Part shown: positions 46,981 through 47,223 of the stretch, piece after piece | Layout of the letters: every line of letters starts with the position of its first letter | Numbering within the stretch: the first letter of the stretch is position 1 | From: Macrostomum lignano | Taxonomy: Eukaryota | Length of the DNA: 47,223 nucleotides | Direction of reading: 5' to 3' | Assembly: GCA_002269645.1 (NCBI GenBank) | Contig: NIVC01003496.1 | Location: 47,648-94,870, forward strand | Notes under the pieces: model-generated | What the model saw: the letters and a program-made list of their open reading frames with translations, nothing else | Told to the model about the DNA's origin: nothing | The model's database searches: none | Program-made: the position numbers and the translations under genes

Positions 46981-47223
46981 CAATAAAAGCTCAGATATCA
47001 TCGGGGCACAGATGCGTTGAAATTTAGAGCTAAGTCCGTTGCTATATCTTATAATATAGTAGCAACACAAATGCAGTGGGCACCCTGGCGCCAAGCCTTC
47101 GGACATCTGCATTCCACAACCAGTGCTGAGGCAATTCTGCATGCCCATTCCGGTGACTCCTGAGCACAAGTGATACAAGTGCGCCAATACTGTACACGTA
47201 GACACGCACTCATCCACACGCTC

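Overview
Eukaryotic (metazoan) repeat-rich genomic DNA. It has GT-AG spliceosomal introns, a (CCCTAA)n tract and no prokaryotic features. The style (GC-rich exons, introns packed with private minisatellites, kb-long GATA/GACA/ACTG tracts) resembles a free-living flatworm such as Macrostomum, but that is inference only. Genes supported from sequence: (1) a secreted PAN/apple-like + LamG-like protein with 3 frameshifts (2175-2989); (2) a 2-exon, 305-aa MAP3K/STE-like Ser/Thr kinase; (3) a Lys/Gln-rich IQ-motif protein (minus, last exon 22954-23424); (4) a 2-exon adenosine-receptor-like GPCR; (5) an SLC1/EAAT-family transporter with 8 exons reconstructed and the TM8 exon not found; (6) an intronless GT13 (GnT-I/MGAT1-like) glycosyltransferase with about 6 frameshifts on the opposite strand; (7) a decayed hAT transposase with one surviving end. 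A large share of the window is tandem repeat, and 8154-23129 is a mosaic tandem duplication joined at a 12-bp microhomology. Most long ORFs in the supplied track are repeat artefacts. I found no convincing wholly new multi-gene system. The best leads are: a minimal Penelope-type hammerhead ribozyme (11221-11261, minus) in a 400-bp island between GATA tracts; hairpin-headed, microsatellite-carrying elements resembling Helentron-derived HINEs, with a 272-bp head-to-tail array; a full-length tRNA-derived SINE with a 14-bp TSD plus a CORE-type SINE; and substitutions at near-invariant motifs (GPCR DRY->EIL, transporter NMDG->NMNG). The 1-nt indel pattern means assembly error must be excluded for several claims. 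All comparisons were made by eye and no database searches were run.
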